64,000 nucleotides of DNA, from the NCBI RefSeq assembly GCF_000315625.1, contig NW_005434655.1, positions 680,807 to 744,806 on the forward strand. The letters are read 5' to 3'. The notes beneath the pieces were generated by a model that made no database searches, was not told where the DNA came from, and saw only the letters and a list, made by a program, of their open reading frames with translations. Source of the stretch: Guillardia theta CCMP2712. Its lineage: Eukaryota > Protista > Cryptophyta. Shown here piece by piece: positions 23,600 through 36,520 of the stretch. Position 1 is the stretch's first letter; the number at the start of each line of letters is the position of its first letter. Position numbers and translations under genes: made by a program.

Positions 23600-26282
23600 T
23601 TGTGGGAAGTGAAGCACGACTGCACGACTGTACGGCACTTCTGATTGAAACAGCATGCGGTTTTGGAACTTCAACTATCAGATTAGACCTGGCCATTCTT
23701 TGAGCATGCCTACCTTCTGCATTCGGTTTGTATATGCTCGCGAATATCGTTGTAGGTAGGACTGATACACGCATCCAGTTGCTGCCCGGGAAGTAGATTT
23801 GAGGAGGATTTGATGCAAGATGAATGTCACACAGAAAGTGAGATGGTTTGTCAGGATGGTGAAGATCTTGTTGTTCAATTGCCGAAGATCCATCTTGACA
23901 TCTAACATGATCAGATGATGACCGGAGAACCAAAGAATCAAACAGATGGTGGAATGACAGCTCGCAAAATAGACGAGGCTCGGACAACTCATCGAGTCAG
24001 GACGGTTCTCCTTTCAGCCCTGGGAGTTGTACACGGAACATCTGCTTCTGCAAGCTATCTGCATGCTTCCCTTACTCGAAGACAAAGAAGGATCCCTTCC
24101 GAGTCGAGGCTGACTTCGTGTTGGTGGATGCTAATGTAAGTGGACCGGAGGATGGGAGTTTGCGAGGTGAGCTGACATGTGCCCAAGAAATCCAAGGTTG
24201 AAGAGAATGACGAGATACGATACTGTAAGGCAACAGAGCTCCCTGATCTTAGCCCTATCAATGAGGTAGCGACTAGACTTCATGTTTGCACCTGCCTGAC
24301 CTTTCAGTAGAAGCGGTCCCATGCTATTTGTACCCCAAGTGAGCACCGCCGGAGTGAGACCATTGGGACGAGATCTGATGTCTGCAACGAAATAGCGCGA
24401 GTAGACCAGGAACAAGAAACAAGGAAGGTGAATCGCAATACCGTTAGAACCAAAATGATCCTCACTGACATCATCATGTTAGATGGGCACAAGTTCTGGC
24501 TATGCAAATGTAGATGATACCATGTATACAAGAGATCAGATCATAAGAAACTTTTGTGAGTTTGTTGGAGGGTGCTCTAGAATTGATGCAGACACGCTGA
24601 TGTGATTCAACAGCTTTCTTCGTTGACTTGAATGCGCCTCATGTAAATCCCTTTGCCTTTCCATTTGATCTGATAAATCGACGCAGTGGGAACTCCCTCC
24701 AACAGCAGCTGTCAACGCGAATAAGGTGACTATACTTGGATTCCATGGTCGAGCTAAGATCGACTTCTCCGCTGTAGCATCGCACGTACACATCTGCCGA
24801 CGATTATGAAGACAAGTGCGTTTTTGATTTCAGCATGTGTGAGTCGACCTGACATGCGCGAACTATCTAGGCACACCTCACTTACCAGAAAAGGTAGCAA
24901 TTGATACGATACCTGCTTGCGATGACACTTGTTGAGTAGAGAGCATGTACAAGGAGCACTTTGAGCTGTCGTATAATCGGTGGGCCTGTTCAAGACGAGT
25001 GGAGGAGTCTTCCGATTATTCCCACAAGAAAATCTCTCTTGAGGCATATGCAATGTTTACGAGCAGTTCATCTGAAAGCAACGAGTACACCATGTATCTT
25101 TCCTTGCACACACGTTGTTCATCAGTCTTTTAACCCTGTGGTGCAGACTGAGAGATTCCCACGAGTTCTCACGAAAGAGCATGATATTCAGGAGCTTGTT
25201 CCCCTTGGGTAAGCCTGTGGCTCTAGCTCAAACACGATATACTCTACTGTATTGTTGTTTGGTATTCAATGTTGCGAACTATGGCATTGAGTACACCATG
25301 TTTTGCGTTTTGTTTCTCTTCTAAACTCAACGTTCTTACCCGAATGCAGATCAAGCTTTCAAAGATTTGACCTCCAACATCAGAGTTGTGGATCCTCCAG
25401 AGAAGATATTCTCTGCCATGCTTGGAGGTCGGAGAGATATCATAGAGTGTTGATAATCCGCATCTACATCTTCAGCAATCAGGTACGCGAACACTTGTTG
25501 CCACAGAGTTATAGTAACATTGCTATGTTCAGAGCCTAACTCGATGATCTCCCTCCCTCCCTCCCTCCCCCTCCCCCTCCCTCCCTCCCTCCCTCCCTCC
25601 CCCTCCCCCTCCCCCTCCCTCTCTCCCTCCAAGGCTTGGAAGATTGAAAGTGCCGGACATGAACTTACAATGATCGAGCCAACGGGGAAGTTGGGTGCAT
25701 ATTTTGATTCGACATGATTCTGTACATAGCAATAGCAGTATACACAGCAGGTCTGTTCGCGATAGATATTCTGTTCACAATGGATATATTGGAGCAAGAA
25801 GTAAACACTTGTTCAGCAAAACCATAGAGAACATTGTTCAGGAAATGATGATTTGATTCAACATGTTTCATTAAACCATCACACCTAGAATTCTAACTAT
25901 TGTACAAACGCATAACACACAAATCAGCTTCGGGGAGTTGTCATCTTCTCTATCCTTGCTGCTTTTGAGTGATGGTGCTTGATTCCCATTGAATGACATC
26001 TCCGCGCGCATTGTACACTGTTGCCTTTCTCTTGATGAGCCTCACAGACTTGGCAAGGCACATCAGCTGCTTCAGGCGAGAAGGACACCCGTGCTTGTGA
26101 CTCCTCTCAACATCCTTTATCTTCGTTGCCATATTTGCCTCCTCCGTGTTCTTGATTGTTATCAACGAAGATTTTCGTATTTTCCTGTCCTGACAATCTG
26201 ATTCTGCTTCATCGGTTGTCTTCTTTGAGCTCGAGGTAAGAATCGAAGGCAGGGATACGCGGCGGCCAGTGATGAAACTCAT
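23600..26282 (-). CDS. Probable multi-exon hypothetical protein(s)
   Basis: ATG-initiated ORF 25950-26282 and several further minus-strand ORFs, with a (CCCT)n intron-like tract at ~25550-25630; no motif recognised; boundaries approximate. Confidence 0.3.
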
Positions 26283-27159
26283 TCTAGCAAGACAGGTGAA
26301 CTACCAGGAAAAGACTTGATGGCACTTGTTTTTGTTGTAGCAGAAGCCGAGGAGTAGGAGGAGTAGGATTAGGAGAAGTAGGAGGAGTAGGAGGATTCCG
26401 TGGTCGTGGTGGCGGAGAAGGAGGAGGAGGAGGAGGAGGAGGAGGAGGAGAGTCTGTGAAAGGATCGCGTTAGGTCAGCTACTTTTATCACCCCTTGCCT
26501 CTTGTTGCCCCACCCCCACCCTCAAACGGAGGCCGAAGCATTCCCATCAAAATGGATGCAGATCACCCCTGCATCTGACCAATAAATGCATCTCAAAGGA
26601 GGGGTAAAATTCTAACCCCACCCCCTAAAGGTTCAATCTTTGTCTTTAAAACATTTTTAAAAACGGATTCAAGAATGAAACGTTGCGCTTTGAAGATATG
26701 TGATGACTCGTACACTGAATTGATCAATCGAATCAGTACCCTTCGCAAGGACCCTGAGTTTGAACCGAAATTGTACCGGTGGTATGACTCGGGTCCAAGA
26801 GACCACTCTGAAACAGCACCTTTTCGATCTCACGGTGTTAAAGAGCTCTTTTACAATGATTTAGCTCAAAGGGGCGGCCAACGGAGGCAGCAGATGCGAA
26901 GGCCTATGTCAAAGTCAGGAAACATCATCTGCCCTGGTGCCCTCCTTCTGCTGAATCTGAGGTTGGCCCATCATCTTTCATATCCTGTAGCATTACTGCT
27001 AGCCTTTGAGTAAACTGTAGCCAAGTAGAGCGGTCGCCGCCCTTGGCCCGTGGCCGAGAAAGGCCGTGATCACTTCCGTCAGCCTCACGTCACCTCGTTA
27101 CGACCTTTCGAACGATCACCACCTTGTGGCCGGAAAATTTGAGTAACTTCGGCGGTACG

Positions 27160-27390
27160 GAATGGACTGATTTTTAACTTAACTTTGAGTAAAAAGACTG
27201 ACTCAGTGAGCAAAGAACTGAGAGACCCGACGGCAGTGACAGTCAAACGGTTGCCGGTGAGTCAAGCCGGGCGGCATGGCCCGGCGCCGGCCCGCCGGGT
27301 CCGGCAGGCGGCTGGCACGGTCACCGGCCGGTCCGCCGCCGACACAGAGTCCTGGCCCGCCGGGCCGGCCCGGGCACCATGAGTGACTGC
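27160..27390. repeat. GC-rich island with the conserved actgatttttaacttaactttgagtaaa end motif
   Basis: 28 nt at ~27166-27193 are identical to 37667-37694 and are followed by a CCGG/GGCC/GAGTC-rich core. Confidence 0.75.
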
Positions 27391-27469
27391 CTAAATAAAA
27401 GGCACTCCTAAGCGACCAATCCTTCCCAATCCGCCTGGAGGCATCGCTACTTTGTCGCTCGCTTCTTCT

Positions 27470-27609
27470 CCTCTCCCTTGCCCCATCCTCCTCTCCCTTG
27501 CTCCATCCTCCTCTCCCTTGCTCCATCCTCCTCTCCCTTGCTCCATCCTCCTCTCCCTTGCTCCATCCTCCTCTCCCTTGCTCCATCCTCCTCTCCCTTG
27601 CTCCATCCA
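27470..27609. repeat. 20-bp tandem repeat, about 7 copies
   Basis: Unit ctccatcctcctctcccttg. Confidence 0.95.
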
Positions 27610-27761
27610 GTCTTCCCAGTTGACTTTCGCCTTCGCCCCTCCCCTCCGACCTTTTGCTGTCCCATGTCCATCTAGTTGTTGTCTCCTGTCTGGCTTCACT
27701 TGGTTTCGCTCCTGCTGGCATTACCCTCGCTTTCCCCCTTCCCTTTAAGTGTACGTCCAGC

Positions 27762-30280
27762 ATGCCAGTGGGTTTTCTTTCCTTGCAATGTCCTTGTGTT
27801 TTGATATCCCTCCTCCTCGCGCTTTGTCTCCCTCCCGCACATTCATTCTTGAACACACCTCTTAAGCTTGCCAGAGCCACTTCAAGTCTATCGACCTGCC
27901 GCCCTCACTCATCGGCTCGTTCCCATCGCATGTCGCTCTCTCCTCCTTCATCAAAAAGCTGGCAAGAGCCTTTTCCAGACGGGAAGTATGACCCAAACAA
28001 GGCTGCCTCGTACTTTCAAATGAGGTTTCCTTTGGCCGTCAAGAGGCTGATCGAGATCATCTCTGTCTCGGCGGGGTTCTTGTTTCGACTCTACCTGGAC
28101 GAGAGGCTCGGCCGAGCAGAGGAGGAGGAGAGAGCAAGATCCAAGGAGCTGGTGGCGCTGGTAGCACGGCTGGGGCCGACCTTCATCAAGATAGGACAGT
28201 CGTTGTCGGTGCGGAGCGATATCCTCCCGCCATGCTACGTGCAGGAGCTTCAGAGCCTTCAAGACCGCGTCCCTCCATTCCCTTCCTCACGCGCGATCGA
28301 TCTCCTCGAGGAGGCGTGGGGAGATAGCGGCGGAGTGAAAGGAGTACTGAGCTACATCTCGCCGGAGCCCGTGGCTGCGGCCTCCCTCGGCCAGGTGTAC
28401 AAGGGGAGGCTCAAGGACGGGAGGGAGGTGGCGATCAAGATCCAACGACCCAACTCGCTAGAGCAGATCGCATGCGACTTGTACCTGCTGCGGCTGGCCT
28501 CCCCGCTGATCGCCAAGTTCGAGCTGTTCTCGGGGGTGAGCAGCGTGGAAGACATCATCGACGAGTGGGGGTTGGGGTTTGTGAACGAGCTGGACTACCA
28601 GCTGGAGGCTGAAAGCTCCAAGAGGTTCATCCAGTCCATGAGGGACTGCGGTCTGACCAATGTCATGGCGCCGGAGGTGGTGGAGGAGCTCTCGACCAGG
28701 AACATACTGATCACTGAGTGGGTCAATGGCCAACGGCTGGACAGGGCGCAGGGAGGAGACATCGGAAAGCTCTGTGCCCTTGCCCTCAACGCCTACCTGA
28801 CCATGATGCTGGACACGGGGCTCCTGCATTGCGACCCTCACCCCGGGAACCTCCTGAGGACCGACGGGGGCAAGCTCTGCATCCTCGACTGGGGGCTGGT
28901 GACAGTGGTAGAGGAGGACTTGCAGTACTCCCTCGTGGACTACATCGCACACCTGACGACGGGGGACACAGCTGCGATCCCCAGAGACCTCGAGGCCCTT
29001 GGGTTCGTCCAGAGGGGGAGGGAAGCGGACGTGCGGGAGGCAGGCATCGTGGAGCTGCTCACAGGGGTCCAAGAGGAGCTCGCAGACGGCAACGCGCTGA
29101 AGAAGATCGACGTGCCGAGGGTGATCGAGAAGCTCGTGGCGATGACGAGGAAATATGGGAACCTCTTTCAGATCCCTCCATGTAAGCTGCTTCCTTTGCT
29201 GACCCTCTTCCACGCTCTCTCGTTCCTCTCCTGTCCTTGTCTTGGACTTGGTCATCATCGCATCGTTTTGCTCTGATTACGCTCTGCTCCACCTCTCCCT
29301 CACACACTGTGGTCTTCCTTCCCTCCCTCCCTCCCTCCCTCCCTCCCTCCCTCCCTCCTCCGTCCTTCCATTCCATTCCTTGCATGTCCTGACGTTCAAT
29401 CTCAGACTTCGCGTACATCATTCGAGCTTTCACTGTGCTTGAGGGCATCGGCATGATCGCCGACGACAACTATTCCATCCTCCAGGAGTGCTACCCCTAC
29501 CTCGCTCGCCGCCTCGTCACCGACTCTTCCCCAAGGACCAGGGTCGCCCTCAAGGAGATGCTCTACGGCTCTGCCTCTGCCTCCTCCCTCAACGTGTCGA
29601 GGCTCGTCAACCTGGCCGGCGGCATGCAGAAGTTTGCTTCCTCCACCCGAGAGGACGGATCCGCAGCTGTTGACGAGGCCCTCGCCATCCTGCTCTCCAA
29701 GGAGGGCAACTACCTGCAAGAGCTTCTCCTAGAGGAGCTGGCGAGGCTGCTGGAGGCCCTCGGACGTCAGACGGTCTCCCAGATATTTCGAACTCCTGCT
29801 GGAAGACTCGCCACGTCCACCCTCAAGCGGCAGCAGAGCATCGCTGAGCGGATCGGCCCTGCTGCTGTCTTCCTCCCCTTCGCCCTTCCTGCCCGCCTCT
29901 TCTCCACTGTCGAGCCCTACCTGGAGGTGAAGGAGGAGGACGTTGAAGCGCTCAAGACCGCACGGGACTTCCTCGTCGTCGCCCGCCCCTTCCTCTCCAG
30001 CTTCCTCCGCGACGCTCTTAACAGCAACCAACGGCTCGACTCTCGGAGCCTGCGCGCACTGGCGCAGGAAGTGTTGCCAAGGATGCAGGAGATGGGGCCG
30101 GGAGCAAGCGCCCTCCTCGCAAGGTCTGTCCTGTATCTCTCGCCCCCCTTCGCTAACTGGACGCGGCAGGTTGGCGGAGACGCTGCGGGAACGGGCGAAG
30201 AAGCGACTTGTGCGAGACGGCAAGGCAGTCCCGACCAGACTCGCCAGGCCCCTAGGGAGCGGGTGAAGGGAGGAAGATAG
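27762..30280 (+). CDS. ABC1/UbiB atypical kinase (ABC1K family), probably plastid-targeted
   Basis: LGPTFIKIGQSLSVRSD, PVAAASLGQVYKG, VAIKIQRP, ELDY..EA, LHCDPHPGN, LDWGLV and FQIPP|YFAYIIRAFTVLEGIG. Bipartite leader ...LALCLPPAHS/FLNT followed by a Ser/Arg-rich transit peptide. Confidence 0.93.
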
Positions 30281-30349
30281 AAGTGGCTTGTGTAGTTGTA
30301 CATTCCTGTGAGATACTCCGGCCGGGACGCTGACGTCATGAGATTGAGT

Positions 30350-32418
30350 TCCTCATCAGGATGGCCTGGATGATCGCCGGGTCTTTGACCTCCTGCATGT
30401 CAAACGTCAAGTCCCCTCCTACCCCTCCCGTCGCCTGTCAAACTCACGTAGACCTGTCGAGGAAAGAAAAATGTCAACCGCACTCACAAGCTTACAAGGG
30501 ACTCTTTTACATCTTCTCGGCTTGCCAGGTTCGAAGATCTCAGATCCTGCGGGTCCATGGGCAAGACCAAATGTCTTGCAAAGAACGACATCAAGTCCCT
30601 CACCTACATATCCATCACTCCTCTTTCCTCCTCCTCCTCCTCCTCCTCTTCCTCCTCCTCTTGTACCTCCTCCTGCTGGCGAACCATGTCGTGACCCTTG
30701 TTGTACTCCTTCCACTCCATCGTCTCCTCCTCTACCCAGCCTCTGAGTCGATCTCGGCATGCACGCGCTTTAGTGATGGAGACTCGCTCGTCCGCCACCC
30801 CATGCGTGAGCAGCATGGGGGTGCTTGACTTCCCTCCAGGAGGAGGAGGCCAGGAGCTGCGCATCGGAAAGTTCATGGAAGAGAGGGAGAAGGAGAGGGA
30901 GAGGGAGAGGGAGTGGGAGTGGGAGAGTGGGAAGGGAGGAACGAGGGTCAAGGTGACCTGTCATGCTGCTCCTGTATCAAACTCCCGCTCACTCCCACAA
31001 CCCCCCCAAGGTTCATCCTCAGCCCAGCATTGACCGCCTGTCATTACTCACTTCTAAAGCGGAGAACTACGTGCTCCTCTCACAACAATCGCTCCCTGTG
31101 AAAACCCAAAGATCTGCGGTGACGGTTCAGAGACAAGCGCAGGGATGGAGCAAGGAGCGTGCTGCCCGGGCTCACAAAGGTGCTCTTGGGTTTGAACTTC
31201 TCCTGTTGCCACACTCTCCTCAGGAAGACTTCGAGCTTGTCAAGCGTGCTGCGGCTGCGTCTCAACACCAGCAGGTCCCTCGGACGTCACCTCTTCAGTC
31301 CCCTCGTCCTTCGCTCCTCAGTTCGACTCTGCCAGGCGGGTCAGCGTCGCATCGCGTGTGGGCGCTGGGGACTACTGGCACGATCATGTTGCCATCGGCT
31401 TCGAACACGGGAAACCAGGAGAAGCCCATGGCGAGAGGAAGTGAGTCGCAAGCTCGCAGCGCCATGACCTGACAATGCACGGAAAGGGGGGAGAAAGAGG
31501 AACCAGAGGAGGTGGAAGAAGTACCAGTGGAGGAGGAGGAGGCACCAGAGGAGGAGGTCAAAAGCCCGAAAGTATGGCGTACTGAACTCTTACAGATGTC
31601 TTGGGCAGCTCGAGCTTTTTCCCGAAGCTCAGGAATGGCTCGTGTGAGTCGCCGAGCCCGTGCAGGAGGATGAGAAGGTTTGAGGAGCTGCCGAGGGGAA
31701 ACGTCATGCCCACTGCGACAAGACTTGGTGTGGTACCCGGGAGGATCATGGGTGGCATGATGGAAGAGAGTCTGCAGAGGAACGTGCTTGTCTAGCTCCT
31801 GCTCTGCTATCACTACCATCGTTGAGCAAGAAGCTCGTGCCTTCACTTGAGGCGTCGTTGCCTCCCTCCTGCTCGCACCTTCGATCTCTGACCTGCAATG
31901 GCGGGGCAGGAACAGTGTGAACAAGCAAGCAGCCATGCCAGGTTCAAGACCTCAGCTTCGCAAAATCCTTGTCGTCCGGCTGTAGCAATGTTGCTCTTGC
32001 AATCTGCGAACATGGCGTCATGCCACCACCTCTTCCTCCTCCTTTTTACCGCTGCTTCCGCTTCAACGAGGTCACCCAATGAAAGGTGCGCTGATGCCTG
32101 CGCTCGTCCTGAGACCCTCATCGCAGCTCCCCGCAGGAGCACTCGCACACCTTTCTCGCCCATCCCTTAGCCCATCGAGGATTCAGCTCCGTGCTCCTGA
32201 TCGCATGCTCCAGCGACTGATGATACCTTCCGAGCTTGATACAGCATAGCGCCAGGTTCCCGTGGACCACCTGACCGCAAGGAGATCACTCTCCCTCCCT
32301 CCCACGTCACTTCTTCCCGCACCTCCTTCGCCTCCTCCTCCTCCAACGCCATCGTGAACGCTTGTAGCGCCTCCTCTAGCTTCCCCTGCATGAAAGCTGT
32401 GCGACCGGCCTGCAGCAT
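30350..32418 (-). CDS. TPR domain fused to a phospholipase/carboxylesterase (acyl-protein thioesterase-like) hydrolase; multi-exon
   Basis: TPR-like GRTAFMQGKLEEALQAFTMAL, then LILLHGLGDS, GFSWFP and TPMLLTHGVADERVS...KGHDM (Asp/His region); 3' end approximate. Confidence 0.75.
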
Positions 32419-32828
32419 TTTCGCGTGCTAGCAGGATGACACCGGGACTAACAGATAGCTTTTTGGTCGCCCAATTGGAAGAATCCTACCAGGTCCGATG
32501 GTCTATGGAGGGCGGAGGAGAAGAGGAGAGGAGGAGAGGAGAGGAGAGGAGAGGAGGAGAGGAGAGCACACGGAAAGAGATCAGAGGAGAGCAGATGCAG
32601 AGGATATGAGAGCAGAGAGGAAGGAGAGGAGGAAGGAGGAGGAAAAGGAGGAGGGGAGATGAGATTAAATCACGGAAGACGAGGGCAGGAAGAGAGGAGC
32701 AGATAAGGAAGGCTGCAGGTCAGATAGGACAGAGTCATGCAGGAAGGGGAATGTCCCAGGGTTCCTTCCCGAGCAAGTAGAAAGCGAATCTATGCCGGGG
32801 TTGTGGAGGGGGGATAACGCTGTAGCAG

Positions 32829-35276
32829 ATGGTGTTCAAGGTGTGGCTAATGCTCCTCTTGCCGCTGGTCGGATGCATCCACGTGCCGCCGCTTTCCTGC
32901 CATGGACCTGGTAAGGGCAGACAGTCAGGCATGCTTCTGTCTCACTAGCGTCCTGCCAGGTGTGCGCCTGTCACTCCGAGGAGGAGGGTGCATTACAGAA
33001 GCTGGTACCGCCATGCCTGCACTGCTCGTGCTGACCGGAGCCTCAGAACTGATGGGGCCAAAGAGCAACATCGTGCAGAGCATAGCGAGCAAGGTTGGGC
33101 GAAATCTGCACAGGCAGGACGATCATCCGCTGCAGGTTCTTCTCTTCCTACCCCTCTCTTCCTACCCCTCCCTTCCTACCCCCCCTTCCTACCACTCCCC
33201 TCTCTTCCCTCCCTCCCTACCCCTCCCTTCTTACCCCTCCCTTCCTACCCTTCCCTTTCCTTCCCTCCCTCCCTTCCCTTCTCTCCTTGCCGTTCCCTTC
33301 CTACAGCGCCTGACTCGTTTGCCCGCCAAGATCATCAAGACCTGGATCAACCAGTACTTCCTCGACAAGTACAAAGCTAAGGACGGCAGCTGCATGTACA
33401 TGACGCGGGGCTGCCGCCTCCTCCCCCGAGTGACCTGACAGCTGGAGGACAGGTTCACTACGTTCGACGACCTCTCCCCTATCGTCACTAAGGCCATGTG
33501 CTTCGACGATCTGCTCACACCCGAGGACCACCCCAGCAGGTGTACACAACTCGCCCCAGTCTATCTGCGCTGACGCCGATGGCCCAGGTCGAGGCAAGAT
33601 ACCTACTACGTGGATGACGACAGGTACGAGGCTTCCGGCGATCTGTCAGGCGTGCTGATGCCCGCAGGCTGCTGCGATCCCACATGACGGCCCATCAGAC
33701 GACCCTGATGAGGGAGGGGCACAGGCAATCCGTGCTCTTCCTTCCTCCTGCCCTGGAGGCTGACGCTTCCCCCAGAGCCTTCCTGTGTACCGGCGATGTG
33801 TACAGAAGGGATGCTATCGATAGCTGTCACTACCCCTGCTTCCACCAGGTTCGTGCTCCCTCCCTCGCTCTGCGTCCTCAGTGGTTGACGGCAGATGGAC
33901 GGGGTAAGGATCTTCAGCTGGGAGGAGCTGGGAGTGGATTGTCATGAGAAGGCAGAGGAGATTGTCCTCAGCGATCTCAAGTATTCCCCTGACACCTGCT
34001 ATGCTGCGACTCGACCCTGATCCTTACCGAAAGGAATGCGCTCGCTGGGATGATCGAGGTCGTGTTTGGGAAGGTCGAGGTGGGATACAAGAGTTTCCTC
34101 CTCCATGGGCTGACAAGGGCGAGGATGCAGATGAAGTGGACAGAGTCGTACTTCCCCTTCACGCACCCGTCGCTCGAGCTAGAGATCTTCTTCAACGGGA
34201 AATGGCTGGAGGAGAGGAGAAGCCGGGAAACCCGCCCGACGGCTGACCGTTGGAGCAGGTCCTGGGATGCGGGGTTATGAGGAAGGAGATCCTTAGGAAC
34301 GGTCAGCTCGTGCAGCACAGTGGGTGAGGCAAGCCGTCTCCTCCTCCTCCTTGGTCACACCTGAGCAGATGGGCCTTCGGGCTGGGACTCGAGCGGCTGG
34401 CGATGATTCTCTTTCAGGTGAGAGGGCGAGGTGCGAGGGGTGAGAAGGGGGGCTGACACGTGTGTGAAGATCCCTGACATCCGACTGTTCTGGTCAACGG
34501 ACAAAAGGTTCACAAGTCAGTTCCAAGGCGTCCTCTCCAGGTTCGTGACCTCTACTTGAAAACTCACCCCCGAGACGAGCAAGACGTGCTGACGTGCTGG
34601 AATGCAGCGGGAGGAAGAATGTTGTGTTCGCTCCCTTCAGCAAGTATCCAATCTGCTACAAGGTGCCTTGGTCGTCGGAGAGGGGGGAAGGCACTGCTGA
34701 CAGGTCTTGTAGGACGTGTCTCTCTGGCATCCACCTGTGATGCATGACAACGATGTCATGGAGATCATTCGTGAGGTGGTCGGAGACTCCGCCGAAGATG
34801 TAGAGGTTGGAGAACATGCTAGTTTGACATACTCCTCTCATAACTATCAGGTCATTGACGCCTTTGTACACCCCAAGACGGGTCGTTCGTCCAAGTATGC
34901 TCCTTCCCCCTGCAGCATGAGCCGGCGGGCTCACGGGCTCTGGCAGGTGCTATCGGATCAGCTACCGTTCGATGGAGCGAACTCTGACCAACGTGAGCGC
35001 TTGACCTTCATCTGCTCCGTTGGCTCAATACGTAAGCTCGTGTTGATCATCGCAACGTGCAGGAAGAGGTGGACGCGAAGCAGAAGGAAGTTTGCGACAT
35101 GCTGGTCAGCAAGGTGAGACTCTTTCCTATCCCTCTCCTTCCTCTCCTCATCCTCCCCTTCTTCATCCTCCCAGTCCTCCTCTTCCTCATCCATCGCTCC
35201 CTCAACTATCCTGCCCTGTCACCCTTGTCCCTCATTGTTTTCTGACGCGCAACAGCTCGGTGTTGAGCTACGCTAA
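32829..35276 (+). CDS. pheS: Organellar (monomeric, FARS2-type) phenylalanyl-tRNA synthetase with N-terminal signal peptide
   Basis: Spliced motifs GRNLHRQDDHPL, FDDLLTPEDHPSR..DTYY, LRSHMTAHQ, GDVYRRDAIDSCHYPCFHQ, YFPFTHPSLELEI, WLE|VLGCG, WAFGLGLERLAM, IPDIRLFWS, and a C-terminal FDX-ACB domain (HPKTGRSS.CYRISYRSMERTLTN...LGVELR*). Confidence 0.95.
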
Positions 35277-35419
35277 GTGCGCGAAGATCATGTAGCAAGT
35301 CCAAAGAATGTCGCCTGTCAAACTTGAACCGCAAAATGGCACAAACGGGCGCCTCTTCCTGCCCTCTCCGTGGCATTTCGGCCTTAGATCACCGTATTTC
35401 TATTTATAGTTAGTTATCA

Positions 35420-36520
35420 TCATAGTTCGTTATGCTCTTTTGCTTGGCAGAAGCAATTCCCCTCTTGATCCCACGCAATCACCGGCTGCAGACAGTCAGT
35501 CACATAGCATTTCCTTTCTCCTCCTCCTCACTGTCTCAGGATTCGTGTGACAGGCAAACGCCGGACACGGATGTCGACTGGAACATATCAAGTCAGACAA
35601 ACAAATCGATGCCTGACAGGCCATGTGGCCGTACCGACAGAAACAGTCCAACTTGCCATTCTCGTCATAGCTGCAGCGCAATCGTCAAGCCGAAAGAGGG
35701 GATGGCAAAGAAGAACCTGTAATCCAACATCGGAAACATTTCTGAATCACAAGTAGCTTGTTTCGTTGCCGCACACGGATGAGTCTTGCAGATGCACTCC
35801 CCGTTCTCCAGTGCCAAGATCGGATGCTCCTTCTTCGGACAATGCTTGTTCTCCTGATAAGGGGATGTCAAAACACAGACAGCCGCGTCAACGCAGACGG
35901 AAACCTGTACACACTTGACAGGTTTTCTCTGTCCGGCACAAAAACCATGAGGGCAGTTCTAAGAAACAATGTCAGTGATCTCAGAAGGTAGAAACAGTTC
36001 CCTGCTACCTTGGTGCAGTAGCAAGTTAACTTCCCGTTGGCATCAAATTCATAATCTAAATGTGGAAACTTCCTGTAGAAACGGAATCAGTGAACTAGAC
36101 ATTTAGTATGGCTGCAATTCTCCCACACTTCCTCTTTTCCCCTTCCCCTTCCCCCTCCCCCTCCCCCTCCCCTTCCCCTTCCCTTTCCCCTTCCCCTTCC
36201 CCTTCCCTTTCCCCTTCCCTTTCCTCTTCTTTTCAGAGAGCAAACATACATGTCTGTACATAGATGGCCTTGACAAGGGCTCGGGCTACAAAGAACAAGT
36301 CAAGGAGGGAAATTCAGAACACGTGCAGATCTCACTCGCAATAACAAGTTCCGTTGTATTTCATCACGCCTCCTGGATCCGAGTCGATCAAAGATCTTGA
36401 CGCCATCACCAGCATCACGAAAGTCTCACCATTTGGGCAATGGCGATCTTCACACTCCTTGGGAGATCTAGTCGCAGCATCGATCGCATCCATTGCTAGC
36501 AACCCCACACACAAAAGCAT
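35420..36520 (-). CDS. Secretory-pathway Cys-rich repeat protein ending in HNEL (ER-retention-like signal)
   Basis: Hydrophobic N-terminus and ~5 modules such as MKYNGTCYC, FDANGKLTCYC, LENGECICKTHPC, YDENGKLDCFC and WDQEGNCFCQAKEHNEL*. Confidence 0.65.
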
